Positions 1 through 11,131 of a stretch of DNA of 64,000 nucleotides are shown here, piece after piece; position 1 is the stretch's first letter; each line of letters opens with the position of its first letter. A program made the position numbers and the translations under genes. A model generated the notes under the pieces. That model did not search any database. It had not been told where the DNA came from and saw only the letters and a list, made by a program, of their open reading frames with translations. This DNA comes from an uncultured Deinococcaceae bacterium (lineage in GTDB: Bacteria > Deinococcota > Deinococci > Deinococcales > Deinococcaceae), in assembly GCA_964252075.1 (NCBI GenBank), contig CAXULY010000002.1, positions 1 to 64,000 of the forward strand. Reading direction: 5' to 3'.

Positions 1-436
1 GGTTCCCCACCTCGTCGTCCACCCCCACCGTCGCCGTGAAGGTCGAGCACAGACCATTCAGCGCGTAAGTGACACTGGAGTTCGCGTGCACGCCCAGGCC
101 CTTCGCGAAGGTCTGCCCGCCGATGGTGAGGACCTTGCCGTCCCCGGCGGCCTTCTGGCCGTTGCTGCGGTCGCGCTCGATGGGGCCGTACCCACTCGTC
201 GCCGCCGTCCACGCCTGCGCACTCAGGGCGTTGTCACCGACCGAGATGTCGAGCGGCGTGATGGCGACCGTACCGCCATTGTCACTCCAGCTGGTGTCGG
301 AGCCGTCGTACACGAAATCCTGCGCGGCGCTCTGGGGCGTGGGCGCAGTTCCGCAGGCGGCCAGGCCGAGGGTCAGGGCCAGCAGGCCAGCGGTGACGGT
401 GGTGCGGCGGGGGATGCGGGTGCTGTTGTGCGACAT
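1..436 (-). CDS. NPCBM/NEW2-domain lipoprotein, 5' part (runs off the window edge)
   Basis: Not in ORF track; hand translation from ATG at 436: [28 protein letters not shown] (lipobox)...[12 protein letters not shown]...[42 protein letters not shown] upstream. Confidence 0.85.
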   Translation of the reverse strand, partial: MSHNSTRIPRRTTVTAGLLALTLGLAACGTAPTPQSAAQDFVYDGSDTSWSDNGGTVAITPLDISVGDNALSAQAWTAATSGYGPIERDRSNGQKAAGDGKVLTIGGQTFAKGLGVHANSSVTYALNGLCSTFTATVGVDDEVGN

Positions 437-1080
437 GGAGAACTCCTCGAACGGGGTGGCAAGGGGCGTAGAGGGAGGAACCGATCGGTGCGCCTGCACA
501 GCGTCGGCTTCGGTCTCGGCAGGTTGTGAAAACGGAACTCCAGGCTGACTGGAGCCGCCTATCCTTGATCCGACATCGGGGCTCACTTCCTGAATGCCGG
601 TGCCCATTTACCTTAACGAATCTTTATTCAGCAGTCTGTTAAAAGTTTTATAAAAATCAGGTTCGGATCAGGCTGGTCGTCCGGTAGTGAGTGAAGTAGG
701 TGCTCGTGCGCTCAGCGCTGCGGGATCAGCTATATGCACACGCTCTGGTGCTTCTCCTCATCTCAGGTTAAGATCGAAGTCTCACAGACCTCTTACAGAC
801 CCCATTGAACCTTCATGAAAAAATCTACATTTATCTGCAATGAGGTAATCACCCCGTTGATCTGGTACACACAAATGACGCTCCGACTTCCGTCCTGGTG
901 CCGGCGTGTGGGCGTGGATCAGCACCCTCAGGCATTCCCTCCCCGACTTACTGGCGACCGTCATGGCAGGGGAGGTGCATGAGGCAGGCACAAGAAGCGG
1001 CGCAAGTATGCTTCACCTTGGATCAAGAGTCAGGTCAGGGTCAATTGAAAAGGTGGGTCATGCGATTAGACGGCACCACC

Positions 1081-1305
1081 ATGGTTGAGAACGTCCGGAC
1101 CGGACCAGCGCCGGACGAAATCACCGTCCACTGTGGGTCAATCATGTCCCTCCCGCACCCCGGGGACCTGCTGTCCTGGGAGGGACGGGAGTACGTGATG
1201 ACGCGTGTGCACGCGTTGTCTTCCAGCGAGGGTGGGCCCGTGGTGGTCTTTCGCGCCGTGGGCCGCACCGCCGCACGACTAGGGGCAGCGCGGCGCGAAG
1301 CTTAA
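1081..1305 (+). CDS. small hypothetical protein
   Basis: 3' part of ORF 898..1305 (MVENVRTGPAPDEITVHCG...); protein-like composition; start uncertain. Confidence 0.4.
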   Translation: MVENVRTGPAPDEITVHCGSIMSLPHPGDLLSWEGREYVMTRVHALSSSEGGPVVVFRAVGRTAARLGAARREA

Positions 1306-1692
1306 CGCGTTTCAGAATTGGGGTCTGACGCGTCGGCAGACGGCATGAGGGCGGTCGGCCGGACCTCAACAGGGTCCAGGCTGGGGCGCAACCCAGATCC
1401 GCTTGCTTCAGCCGTCGCTGCGAGCGCAGAGTTAGGTCCGTTTGGCTCATGCGCTTGACGAGGCTTGTCTCGTCGATCGTGACTCTCGGCCGCGTGGAAT
1501 GCGGTGATCAGGCGTGACACAGTGTCCACTTCATTCGACGCGTGAAGTGGATTGATCCTTGTTGACCGTGCGACCTTCGATGGTTTGATGCGGTGTGCCC
1601 TGGCACCCTGGGCCACCCGAAGTGCGATCCCTATGGGCGCCCCGCCGCCCTGAGGCACAATCTCGCGCGGGCACTTCGGAAAGGCTGGGGGC

Positions 1693-1917
1693 ATGAACCT
1701 CGAAACCCTGGCGTGGGCGAGCGCGCATGAACTCACCATCAACCGGTACATCAACGTCCGTGAGCGTGGCGGTGACCACGAGGAGGCCCTGAAGGCCAGT
1801 TGGGGCACCTTCTCGGCATTCACGTCGCAGGCGCAGGTGCCCGCCGTGCTCGCCGAAGCGTGGCGCCACGCGCTCGCGGCGGAACTTGATGACTGGGGGA
1901 AGCGCTGGGCGTCCTGA
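1693..1917 (+). CDS. hypothetical protein, 74 aa
   Basis: ATG-started ORF with GC3-rich codons and helical composition. Confidence 0.6.
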   Translation: MNLETLAWASAHELTINRYINVRERGGDHEEALKASWGTFSAFTSQAQVPAVLAEAWRHALAAELDDWGKRWAS

Positions 1918-1925
1918 GGGGCGCG

Positions 1926-2984
1926 TTACTCCTTCGCCGGGCCCGTGGGCTCCTCCTGCGCGCGCGTGACGCCCAGCGGGCCGCCGTGCGCCGTGTGGCT
2001 GTCCGCCATGGCGGTCATGCGCACGGGTGCCGCGCGCTCCATGGTGGCTCGCGCGTCCTCCTGGTAGGCGCCCGCCAGTTCCGGCTCGTCGGCCTCCTGA
2101 AAGTGCTTGCCGAGGTGCTCGAGCAGCATCATGTGCTCCTCGAGGGCGCGCGGCACTCCAGAGGCTCGCCTCGACCGACTCGCTCACCCCGCTCAGCAGG
2201 GTGAGGGCCGTGTAGGCGTGCCCCGTGTGGCAGCGGAAGCGCGTGAGGTTGCTCTCCTGAATATGCACCATGGCCCCATGCCATTCCGGTCAGGTGAAGG
2301 GCGACAGCGTGCCCTGGTTCAAGATGCCTGCCGGAAGGCGTTGTCCTCGGCGGCGACGCCCACTTCCACCGAGAGTCGCCGCCACTCCTGTTCGTTCATG
2401 CAGATCTCCTGCTCGTGGAGTTGCTCAATCTGGCGCTTCAGTTGCGCGGCGATCTCCCGCACGGGCAGCACGTGGTCCACCGGGGTCTGCGCGAGGGCGC
2501 TGCCGGGCATGTTAGGGAACGCGGCGTCCTTGGGGTGCTGCACGATGGTGGTGCCGCCCATGCGTTTGATGGTCCACAGGCCGGAGGTGCCGTCGTCCAG
2601 CAGGCCGCTCAGCACCACGCCCGTGACGTGCCCGCGGTGCGTGTACGCGGCGGACCGGAACAGCACGTCGATGCTGGGCCGCGAGCGGTTCTCCTTCGGG
2701 CCGCGCGAGAGGTGGAGGCGGTCGCGCGTGATGAGCAGGTGGTGGTCAGGTGGCGCGACGTACACGTGGCCGGGCAGGAGGGGCGCGTCGTGCTGGGCGT
2801 GATGCGCGGGAAGCGGTCCGGCGGCGTTCAGGATGTCCGGCAGGTGGCTGGGGTAGTCCGGTGAGGCGTGAACGACCACCGCCACCGCAGCCGGGAACGC
2901 TGCGGGTAGGCCCGCCATGATGTCGCGGAGGGGTTCCAGGGCACCTGCGGAACCCCCGATGGTGATAACGGGCAGGGAACGCAT
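1926..2984 (-). pseudogene. CheB-type methylesterase-domain gene with a disrupted C-terminal half
   Basis: 2319..2984 has CheB motifs (GGSAG, VVVH, RPSIDVLF, LSGLLDDG). Continuation is broken by a frameshift near 2325, an in-frame TGA near 2291 (FT*PEWHG for FTCPECHG) and a second frameshift near 2147. Confidence 0.85.
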
Positions 2985-3264
2985 GACGACATCATGGTGG
3001 AGCGGCGCCTGAAACGGGTGGGAGTTCCTCCAGAGTCCTTCAGGTGAAGGTCAGCAGAGGGCTGGGAGCACGGCGGACCCGCAGGTGAACGTGCATGCGG
3101 GCGTTCTTGCCCAACGGTGTACTGGGTAGAGGAATGTCATTTGCCCTCTGCTTTCCGAGTAAAACTTTTTCCATGCGCTCCTCATCTGACACTTGCGCAG
3201 ATTCAAGGGTTCTTCATGCGCCTTTGCGGTCACGACCGCTCGAGCTTGGCATCATGGGCGTCAG

Positions 3265-3513
3265 ATGAGCCCCCTGGACCGTCTTCACGTCGCTCAGCAA
3301 CAGCTGGACCTGCTGCGTGCCTGCGGGGCACCGCGCCAGGAGGTGCTGGCCGCACGCGCCGCGTGGTCCGAAGCGTACTGGGCCGTGACGGAAGACGAAG
3401 GGGCGAGCGCCAAGCGCCGCCACACCCGCCCGCGCACGTGGCGCCTCCCGGACGCCACACTGATCGTGGGCTGGTTCGCACCCAATGTGCCAGTGAGCGC
3501 CGCAGGCGACTGA
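3265..3513 (+). CDS. small hypothetical protein
   Basis: MSPLDRLHVAQQQLDLL...; codon usage plausible, no recognisable motif. Confidence 0.45.
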   Translation: MSPLDRLHVAQQQLDLLRACGAPRQEVLAARAAWSEAYWAVTEDEGASAKRRHTRPRTWRLPDATLIVGWFAPNVPVSAAGD

Positions 3514-3537
3514 GCGCGCCGCGCTGGGGCAAAGCCC

Positions 3538-5208
3538 TCACGCCAGCTGGGCCTCGTCGCCCAGAGGCAGGTGCGTTCCGCCGAGCGCTTCCGCGAGGCT
3601 CGCCGCGCGCCCCAGGCGCTGCGGCCCGAGTTCCGTGTCGATCACCACCGCCCGCGTGCGTGGGCCGCGCAGCGCCTGCGCGGCGTGAAGGGCGTCCTGC
3701 CAGGGGTCGTCCTGCAGCGCCACGTTCGCGCGCCCGTCCGTGAAGACCACGACGGTGGTGTGCTCGCGCCCCAGGTGCTGCGCCGCGAGCGTCAGGGCGT
3801 GCGCGAGCGGGGTGCGGCCCCCGGTCGGCAGGTACTCCAGCGCGCGCCTCGCGGCGTCCCGGTCGGGCGTCGGGGGGCACAGCAGGTCCGCCTGCGCGCC
3901 CCTGAAGGCGATGATGCCTACCTCGTCGCCGCTCAGCAGGCGGTCCAGCAGCGCGAGCGCGGCGCCCTTGACGCGCCGCATGCGGTCCCCCTGCGCGTGC
4001 GAGCCGCTCGCATCCAGCAGCAGCAGCGTGCGCCGCGCGGCCACCGGGACGCGTTCGCGGCGGTGCAGGTCCTCGCGCGCCAGGGCGCCTGCGCCGGAGC
4101 GGGCGAGGGCCGCGCTCAGGCTGGCACGCATGTCCAGTTCGGCGGGCTGCGCGTCGCGCACGGCGCGGACGGTCCGCCCCTGTCGCTCACCCGTCGGCGC
4201 CAGCGCGCGCCCACCCCCCTCGCCTGCGAGCACGTCCACCGCCGGAGCGGACACGGGCAGCGGCGTGAACACGCGCTCCCCCCACGCGCCGGGCGCGGGC
4301 GCGTCCGGCGCCTCTGGTGGCGGTGGCGGGGGAGTGTGCGGCGCGGGCGGCGGGGGCGTCTGGCTGGGCGTCACGCGGTGCGCGAGGACGAAGGGCAGCG
4401 TGGCCGCCACGTCGCCCGGGGTCACCTCCGCCCGCCCGTGCAGCGCGGCGTGCGCGCCCGCCGCGCGGACCAGCGCGAGGTCCGCGCGCAAACTCGTGAC
4501 GCCGACGCGGCACACGGCGTCACTCACCTCGCCCAGCACCTCGGGCGGCACGCGCAGGGCGCGGACCAGCGCGCGCGCCGCGCTGAGCTGGGCGCGCAGG
4601 CGCTCCTGCTCGTCCACCCACGCGGCGCGGAAGGCCACCGGGTCCGCGTCGAACGCCAGGCGGCGCGCCAGCACCTCGCGGCGCTCCAGCGGGTCGCGCG
4701 GCGCGTGCACGTCCACCGTGAGGGCGAAGCGGTCCAGCAGCTGCGCCCGGAGCGCGCCCTCCTCGGGGTTCATGCTGCCCAGCAGCACGAAGTGCGCGGG
4801 GTGCGTCTCGCTGAAGCCCTCGCGCTCCAGCACGTTCACGCCGCTCGCCGCGACGTCCAGCAGGGCGTCCACGAGGTGCGCGGGCAGCAGGTTCACCTCG
4901 TCCACGTACAGCACCCCGCCGTGCGCGCGCGCCAGCAGGCCGGGCTTCAGGGCGCCCTCACCGCGCAGCGCGCGCTCCAGGTCCAGGCCGCCCAGCAGGC
5001 GGTCCTCGGTCGTGCCGATGGGGAGGTTCACGAAGGGCGCGCCCTCCGGCAGCAGTTCCGCGACGGCGCGCGCGGCGGTGCTTTTCGCAGCGCCCTTGTC
5101 GCCGCGCAGCAGCACCCCGAGCGACGGGTCCGTGGCGGACAGCAGCAGCGCCAGCCGCAGGTCCCGCTGCCCCACCAGCGCCGCGAAGGGGTACAGCGCG
5201 GCGCTCAC
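3538..5208 (-). CDS. ChlI/ChlD-type chelatase subunit (AAA+ ATPase, Pro-rich linker, vWA domain), probable CobN partner
   Basis: YPFAALVGQ, Walker [30 protein letters not shown], Pro-rich linker, MIDAS DASGS. GTG start overlaps the cobN stop (GTGA). Confidence 0.9.
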   Translation of the reverse strand: MSAALYPFAALVGQRDLRLALLLSATDPSLGVLLRGDKGAAKSTAARAVAELLPEGAPFVNLPIGTTEDRLLGGLDLERALRGEGALKPGLLARAHGGVLYVDEVNLLPAHLVDALLDVAASGVNVLEREGFSETHPAHFVLLGSMNPEEGALRAQLLDRFALTVDVHAPRDPLERREVLARRLAFDADPVAFRAAWVDEQERLRAQLSAARALVRALRVPPEVLGEVSDAVCRVGVTSLRADLALVRAAGAHAALHGRAEVTPGDVAATLPFVLAHRVTPSQTPPPPAPHTPPPPPPEAPDAPAPGAWGERVFTPLPVSAPAVDVLAGEGGGRALAPTGERQGRTVRAVRDAQPAELDMRASLSAALARSGAGALAREDLHRRERVPVAARRTLLLLDASGSHAQGDRMRRVKGAALALLDRLLSGDEVGIIAFRGAQADLLCPPTPDRDAARRALEYLPTGGRTPLAHALTLAAQHLGREHTTVVVFTDGRANVALQDDPWQDALHAAQALRGPRTRAVVIDTELGPQRLGRAASLAEALGGTHLPLGDEAQLA

Positions 5209-8200
5209 CCCAGCACCCGCGGCTGCTCGCCGCGCGCTTCCAGCAGCGCCTCGCTGTCCAGCAGCACCCCGCGCAGCGCCTCCAGCGTCGCGGGGTCCGG
5301 CGCGTCCCACAGCTGGCGGTCGGCGGCCTCCAGCAGGCGCCCCGCGATGGCGTTCAAGGCCCACGGGTTCGCCCCCTCCAGGAACGCGCGGTTCTCCGCG
5401 TCCAGCGCGTACGTCTGCGCGAGGCCCTCGTACACGAAGTCCGGCGCGACCTGCGCGGTGGCGTCGTACCCGAACAGGTAATCCACGGTCGCGGCCATCT
5501 CCAGGCCGCCCTTGTACCCGTGGCGGCGGATGCCCGCCAGCCACTTGGGGTTCACGACGCGCGAGCGGTACACGCGCAGCGCCTCCTCCCGCAGGTCCCG
5601 CACGGCGGGCGCGTGCGGGTTCGCGCTGTCCCCGAAGTACGCGGCGGGCTGCACGCCCGTCAGCGCGCGGATGGTGGCGACCATCCCGCCGTGGAACTGC
5701 AGGTAATCGTCACTGTCGAAGATGTCGTGCTCGCGGTTGTCCTGGTTGTGCAGCGCCACCTGTACACTCCGCAGGCGCGCCGCGAACGCCTCCGTCGCCT
5801 CCCGCCCCGCGTGCGCGCGGGAGTACGCGTACCCGCCCCACGCGAGGAAGGCGCGCGCGAAGTCCTGCTCGTCCTCCCAGTGGCCTGTCTCGATGAGCGG
5901 CAGGATGCCCGCGCCGTAACTGCCGGGCTTCGCACCGAAGATGCGCGCGCGCGCCCGCTCCTCCGCGTCCTCCGGTGAGGTGTCGCCGGGCGCCAGCGCG
6001 AGTTCCGCGAGGTAATGGCGGCGCGGGAAGTTCAAGTCTGTTGGCTCGTCGAGGCCCGTGACGAGCGTCACGGCGTCGTCCAGCAGCTCAATCAGGTGTG
6101 GGAAGGCGTCCCGGAAGAAGCCGGAGATGCGGAGCGTCACGTCCACGCGCGGCCGCCCCAGTTCCTCCAGTGGGATCGCCTCGACGCCCTCCAGGCGGCG
6201 GGACGCGGCGTTCCACACGGGCCGCACGCCGAGCAGCGCGAGCGCCTGCGCGACGTCGTCGCCCTGCGTGCGCATCTGCGAGGTGCCCCACGCGGAAAGA
6301 CCCACCATCTCCGGGTAAGCGCCGTGCTCGCGCACGTAGCGGTCGAGCGCCTCGCGCGCGAGCGCCTGCCCCACCTGCCACGCCGCCTGCGACGGCACCG
6401 CGCGCGGGTCCACGGCGTAGAAGTTGCGCCCGGTGGGCAGCACGTGCGCCATGCCGCGCGTCGGCGCGCCCGCCGGTCCGGCAGGCACGTAGCGGCCCTC
6501 CAGGGCGTCCAGGGTGTGCTGCACCTCGTCGTCCACCTGTTCGAGGTGCGGGACCAGCACCTCGCACGCGAAGGTGAGGGCCGCCGTCACGTCCGGCACC
6601 TCGCGGCCCAGCACGCGCCGCTGCGCGTCCGGCACCGCGCGCGGCGCAAAGCCGCGCGCCTCCAGCGCCGTGAACAGGTCCAGGCTGAGGGCGTCGAGGC
6701 GCTCCAGCACGTCCGCGTGGCTGTGACACGCCACGCCCCGCACATCGACCGGTTCGGGGAGGCGCTCGCCGCGCCGCGCGAGGAGCGCCTGCGGGTCGAA
6801 GCCGTGCGCGCGCGCGAGGGCGTCCGCGAGTCCCTGCACGCCCGCGTTCGGGAGGCGCGTGAGGGCCCGCAGCATGTCCGGCAGGGGCGGCACGGCGCCC
6901 AGCACGTGCAGGCCGTCGCGGATCTGCGCGAGGCCCAGCTCGCACAGGTACCCGTCGATGTCCTCCAGCAGGTGCGCGACGTCACTGCCGCCCATCTCCG
7001 CGAGCGTGACGGGCACGCCCTCCGGCGTGAGTTCGTCATCCCAGGCGTGCACGTGATCGCCGTGGTCGCGGCTCAGCATGGCCTTCAGGTCCAGGTCCGC
7101 CTGCAGGTTCGCCTCGCGCACCAGCGCCCAGATCTGGCCCTGCAGCAGCGGCAGCTTCGCGGGGTCGAGTTTCTCCACCGCGTAGTACTCGTTCACGAGG
7201 GCGTTCAGTTCCGCGAGCGGCCCGTAGGTCTCGGCGTTCGTCATGGGCGGCGTGAGGTGGTCCACCACCACCGCGTGCGCGCGGCGCTTCGCCTGCGTGC
7301 CCTCGCCCGGGTCGTTCAGGATGAAGGGGTACACCAGCGGCGTGTCCTCCAGCAGCAGGTCCGGGAAGCACTCCTCGGAGAGCCCCACGCCCTTGCCGGG
7401 CAGCCACTCCAGCGTGCCGTGCTTCCCGACGTGCACGATGGCGTCCGCGCCCCAGCCGCCCGCCTCGCGCGGCGCGGTGAGGTAGCGGTAGAACGCCGCG
7501 TAGTGGTGCGTGGGCGGCAGGTCCGGCTGGTGGTAGATGGCGTCCGGGTCGAGGCCGTACCCGCGCGGCGGCTGCAGCGCCAGCAGCGCGTCACCGAGTT
7601 CCAGCGCCGCGAAGTGCAGGTGCTGCGCGTCCCCCCACGGCTCCGTGAGGCTTTGCGCGGCGGGCGCGACCTTCAGGAGTTTCTTGTCGGTCTTTGGGCG
7701 GCCCGACCGCACGGTGGGGCCCGTGAGGCCCGGCTCGCCCCAGTGGTCCGCCATGAGGCGGCGCGGGCGCTCCGGCAGGGACGTGAACCAGCGCAGGTAC
7801 TCGGCGCGCGGGAAGCGGTGCGCGCGCGCCGGGTCGAGCGGGTGCTGGTCGTCGTAGCTGCCGCGCGCGAGCAGCTCGTGCATGAGCGCCGTGCCGGACT
7901 CCGGCAGCGCGGGCAGGCGGTACCCGCGCGCGCGCATGGCGCCCAGCAGGTTCAGCAGGCTCTCCGGCGCGTCGAGCCCCACGGCGTTCCCGACGGACGC
8001 GGCCTTCGCGCCGGAGTTCGTGAGCACGAAGGCCACGCGCTTCCCGGCGTTCGGCTGGTGGCGCAGGCGCGCCTGCCGCGCCGCGAGGCCCGCGACGCGC
8101 CGCGCGCGCTCCGGGTCCGGCGCGTACACGGCGGCGCCCCCCACCTGCGCCTTGAAGCTCACGGGCACGCCAATCACGCGCCCGTCGAACTCCGGGATGG

Positions 8201-9560
8201 CGACGTTCATGGCGGTGTCCAGCGGGCTCAGGCCGCGGCTGGAGACCTCCCACGCGCCGCGCGCCATGCCGCTCGCGATGGCCTGCACGACCGGCACGCC
8301 CAGCCGCGCGAGCGCCCCGACGTTCTCGCCCGGCAGGGTCACCTCGCCGCCCTGCACGGCGCCCAGCGCGAAGGACAGGGTGCTGATCAGGGCGTCCACC
8401 CGCCCCAGCATGGGCGTGAGGGCCACGGGGAAGCCGTCCTGCGCGTCCCGCAGGCCCGCCGTGAAGACCGCCAGGGCGTTCACGCCCTGCGCCTCCAGCG
8501 CCTCCACGAGCGCGTCCACGAAGGCGGTGTTGCCGCTCAGCAGGTGCGCGCGGTAGAACACCAGGCCCACCGTGGGGCGCGAGGCGTCCGCGCGCGCCCG
8601 CCAGTCCTCCAGGGTCGCGCCGTCCACGTCCGGCAGGTACACCCCGTGCTGCGGCGTGACCTGCGGCGCGTCACTCCCGAAGCGCGTGAGGAGCAGGGCG
8701 TCACTCAGCATCCGCAGGGCGTGCGCGACGTTCCCCACGCCGCCGCGCGTGAAGTGCTCCGTGAGGCGGCGCAGCACCTCCAGCGGCACGGTGCCCGCCG
8801 CCGCGAAGTCCGGGTCGATTTCCCCCACGCCGCTCACCACCGCGAGGTGCTGCCCGCGCGCGCGCACCGCCTCCCGCAACCGCTCGAAACCCGGAATGCC
8901 GCTCAGCGCGCCGTGCACGCGCAGCACCAGCAGCGCCGCGCGCCCCACCTCGCCGTCCAGCAGGGCCTGCATCTGCTCCTCGCTGCGCACGGACTGCAGG
9001 CGCAGGCCCCACACGGGCGGGAAGCCCGGCGGCAACTCCGCCCGCGCGCGCTCCAGCGTGAGCAGGTCGGTGTCCGCATGTGTGAGCAGCGCGATGCCTG
9101 CCCGCACCGCCCCGGCCCGCCCGCCCGGCTCGGGCGCCGGGTCCGGCGGCGCGCGGTGGTCCCAGTCGTAGAAGTTGAAGGCGTACTCCGCGAGTTCCGG
9201 CGGGGGTGACAGGAAGCGGTCGGCGGCCAGCATCGCCTCGATGTAATCGTAGATGAGGCCCACCTGCCACGGCGTGTTCACGCTGTGAAACCACACGCTG
9301 CGCCCATCGAACACCAGACTCGCGACGTTCGCCAGCGTGCACGGCCCCAGGCACCCGGCCTTCGTGAGGTGCACGGTGTTCCGCAATCGGCGGCGCAGCC
9401 ACTCCTCCTTGAAGGCGTCCGACGGCACGGGCGCGTACCCGCGCGCGGTGTGCCCGCAGCAGCAGCCGGAGAAGCAGTACGAGAGGTGACCGCGGCGCTG
9501 CACGACGTTCATGGCTTTCCCGTCGGCGCGCGTCACCCGCTGGCGGCGCACCTCAGGCAC
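5205..9560 (-). CDS. cobN: cobaltochelatase subunit CobN with N-terminal Cys-rich ferredoxin-like domain
   Basis: [64 protein letters not shown]; directly downstream of a B12 riboswitch. Start uncertain (see findings). Confidence 0.95.
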   Translation of the reverse strand: MPEVRRQRVTRADGKAMNVVQRRGHLSYCFSGCCCGHTARGYAPVPSDAFKEEWLRRRLRNTVHLTKAGCLGPCTLANVASLVFDGRSVWFHSVNTPWQVGLIYDYIEAMLAADRFLSPPPELAEYAFNFYDWDHRAPPDPAPEPGGRAGAVRAGIALLTHADTDLLTLERARAELPPGFPPVWGLRLQSVRSEEQMQALLDGEVGRAALLVLRVHGALSGIPGFERLREAVRARGQHLAVVSGVGEIDPDFAAAGTVPLEVLRRLTEHFTRGGVGNVAHALRMLSDALLLTRFGSDAPQVTPQHGVYLPDVDGATLEDWRARADASRPTVGLVFYRAHLLSGNTAFVDALVEALEAQGVNALAVFTAGLRDAQDGFPVALTPMLGRVDALISTLSFALGAVQGGEVTLPGENVGALARLGVPVVQAIASGMARGAWEVSSRGLSPLDTAMNVAIPEFDGRVIGVPVSFKAQVGGAAVYAPDPERARRVAGLAARQARLRHQPNAGKRVAFVLTNSGAKAASVGNAVGLDAPESLLNLLGAMRARGYRLPALPESGTALMHELLARGSYDDQHPLDPARAHRFPRAEYLRWFTSLPERPRRLMADHWGEPGLTGPTVRSGRPKTDKKLLKVAPAAQSLTEPWGDAQHLHFAALELGDALLALQPPRGYGLDPDAIYHQPDLPPTHHYAAFYRYLTAPREAGGWGADAIVHVGKHGTLEWLPGKGVGLSEECFPDLLLEDTPLVYPFILNDPGEGTQAKRRAHAVVVDHLTPPMTNAETYGPLAELNALVNEYYAVEKLDPAKLPLLQGQIWALVREANLQADLDLKAMLSRDHGDHVHAWDDELTPEGVPVTLAEMGGSDVAHLLEDIDGYLCELGLAQIRDGLHVLGAVPPLPDMLRALTRLPNAGVQGLADALARAHGFDPQALLARRGERLPEPVDVRGVACHSHADVLERLDALSLDLFTALEARGFAPRAVPDAQRRVLGREVPDVTAALTFACEVLVPHLEQVDDEVQHTLDALEGRYVPAGPAGAPTRGMAHVLPTGRNFYAVDPRAVPSQAAWQVGQALAREALDRYVREHGAYPEMVGLSAWGTSQMRTQGDDVAQALALLGVRPVWNAASRRLEGVEAIPLEELGRPRVDVTLRISGFFRDAFPHLIELLDDAVTLVTGLDEPTDLNFPRRHYLAELALAPGDTSPEDAEERARARIFGAKPGSYGAGILPLIETGHWEDEQDFARAFLAWGGYAYSRAHAGREATEAFAARLRSVQVALHNQDNREHDIFDSDDYLQFHGGMVATIRALTGVQPAAYFGDSANPHAPAVRDLREEALRVYRSRVVNPKWLAGIRRHGYKGGLEMAATVDYLFGYDATAQVAPDFVYEGLAQTYALDAENRAFLEGANPWALNAIAGRLLEAADRQLWDAPDPATLEALRGVLLDSEALLEARGEQPRVLG

Positions 9561-9642
9561 GAGGCGACCGGCAGCCGGAACGGCAGGGCGTGAGTGTCAT
9601 GCGTGACCCCTTTCCACGAGAGGCGCCCGCTCGCGCGGGCCC

Positions 9643-9797
9643 ACCTGGCAGGCATTCGGGCTCGCGGCGCGCCCTGTCGGACGCGCGGCACACCGTTGCG
9701 GAAACAGCGCCGGACTCTCACCGGACTTCCCCACTTCAAGTCCGCGCCCTGAAGCGGCGCCACGAGGGGCGCCAGGGCGACGCGGACACCAGGCCAC
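9643..9797 (-). ncRNA. cobalamin riboswitch upstream of cobN
   Basis: Minus strand reads GGT...GGGGAAGTCCGGTGAGAGTCCGGCGCTGTTTCCGCAACGGT...AGCCCGAATGCCTGCC (core plus B12 box); -10-like TATCCT at 9801-9806. Confidence 0.9.
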
Positions 9798-9844
9798 GGC
9801 AGGATACCCTGCGCGCGCCGTGGTGTACACTGGCCGCGGCCCGC

Positions 9845-9950
9845 CTCACGGCAGGCCCCAGTTGGGAACTGAGGGAAGTCCGGTGTCTGCCCCCACGCGG
9901 GGGCACAGTCCGGCACGGTCGCGCCACGGTTAACAGTCCGGTCGCTCACC
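9845..9950 (+). ncRNA. compact cobalamin riboswitch upstream of the NiCoT/btuF-like operon
   Basis: GGGAAGTCCGGTG...AGTCCGGCACGGTCGCGCCACGGTTAACAGTCCG; -10-like TACACT at 9826-9831. Ends approximate. Confidence 0.8.
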
Positions 9951-10019
9951 CACTGGTCACGCACCGCCCCCGCGTCAGGGGCAGACGGGCTCACGGCTCT
10001 CCTGCCAGCACACTCTGAC

Positions 10020-10042
10020 GCGCCCTCACCGGGCGCTTTTTT
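10020..10042 (+). terminator. intrinsic terminator in the riboswitch expression platform
   Basis: GCGCCC-TCACC-GGGCGC followed by TTTTTT, just before the RBS of the NiCoT gene. Confidence 0.8.
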
Positions 10043-10060
10043 CGTGCCCCCAGGAGCCGC

Positions 10061-11113
10061 ATGCCGGAACCCGCCCAGCCCCTAACCCTCCGCCAGACCA
10101 CCAGGCGCGGCCTGCCGTACCTCCTGACCGTGGTCCTCATTCACGCGCTCGCACTCGCCCTGTGGGCGCCCGCAGCGCTGCACGCGCCGCTGCTGTGGGG
10201 CGTGGGCGTCACCGCGTACCTGTTCGGGCTGCGCCACGCCTGGGACGCCGACCACATCGCGGTGATCGACAACACCGTCCGGAAGCTCCTCACGCTGGGG
10301 CGCCGCGCGCACGGCGTGGGCTTTTACTTCAGCGTCGGGCACGCCGCGGTGGTGCTGCTCATGGCGGTCGCGGCGGCCCTCATCGGGTCAGCGCTGCTGG
10401 ACCGCCAGGACGACCTCGGTCGCGCGGGCGGCTGGGTTGCGCCGCTCGTCGCGGGCGGGTACCTGATCGCGGTGGCGCTCGTGAACCTCACGGCCGCCGC
10501 GCGCCTCCTGCGGACGGGCGCGACCCCGCACGCGCACACGCACGGGCTCCTCGCGCGCGTCATTGCGCCCCTCACGCGCCTCGTGGGGCGCGAGTGGCAG
10601 GTGCTGCCCCTTGGCTTCCTGATGGGCCTCGGCTTCGACACCGCCAGCGAGGTCGCGCTCCTCGCGCTCACCGGGGACGCCGCGCAGCACGGCCTCACGT
10701 GGAGCGCCGTGCTGTCCCTGCCGCTGCTGTTCGCGGCGGGCATGACGCTCCTCGACACCCTCGACGGCGTGTGCATGACGCACGCCTACGCCTGGGCGCT
10801 CGACAACCCGCAGGCGCGCCGCACGTACAACCTGCTCGTCACGGGCCTGTCCGGCGTGATCGCCCTCGTGATCGGCGCGGCCAGCCTCGGGCAGTGGGCC
10901 GCGCGGCACTTCGCGGCGCCGCGCGGCGCGTGGCTGCAGTCGCTCGACGTGTCCAGCCTGGGCTTCTGGCTGGCCGGCGGGACGCTGCTGCTGTTCCTCA
11001 TCGCCGCGCGCGCGCACCGCACGCCGACCCCGGCGCCCTTCGCGCCGCCCCTGCAGCCCTACGAACTGGACGGCCCCGACTACGCCGACGTCCACCCGCA
11101 CCGGCGCCCGTAA
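10061..11113 (+). CDS. HoxN/HupN/NixA (NiCoT) nickel/cobalt transporter
   Basis: Signature RHAWDADHI, FSVGH, GLGFDTASE, His-rich loop HAHTH; AGGAG RBS. Confidence 0.92.
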   Translation: MPEPAQPLTLRQTTRRGLPYLLTVVLIHALALALWAPAALHAPLLWGVGVTAYLFGLRHAWDADHIAVIDNTVRKLLTLGRRAHGVGFYFSVGHAAVVLLMAVAAALIGSALLDRQDDLGRAGGWVAPLVAGGYLIAVALVNLTAAARLLRTGATPHAHTHGLLARVIAPLTRLVGREWQVLPLGFLMGLGFDTASEVALLALTGDAAQHGLTWSAVLSLPLLFAAGMTLLDTLDGVCMTHAYAWALDNPQARRTYNLLVTGLSGVIALVIGAASLGQWAARHFAAPRGAWLQSLDVSSLGFWLAGGTLLLFLIAARAHRTPTPAPFAPPLQPYELDGPDYADVHPHRRP

Positions 11114-11131
11114 CGCCCCCAAGGAGACCGC

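Noticed and set aside
1300..1690. Possible HTH remnant (LRSQRRLKQADLG)
   Set aside because: Too short and degenerate to support.
2291..2293. In-frame TGA at a Cys position as possible selenocysteine
   Set aside because: Flanked by frameshifts and the partner Cys is also mutated; decay is the simpler explanation.
3571..9209. Very long plus-strand ORFs (636, 718 and 1064 aa) opposite cobN and chlID
   Set aside because: Antisense shadows of GC3-rich genes; Arg/Ala/Pro-rich with no motifs.
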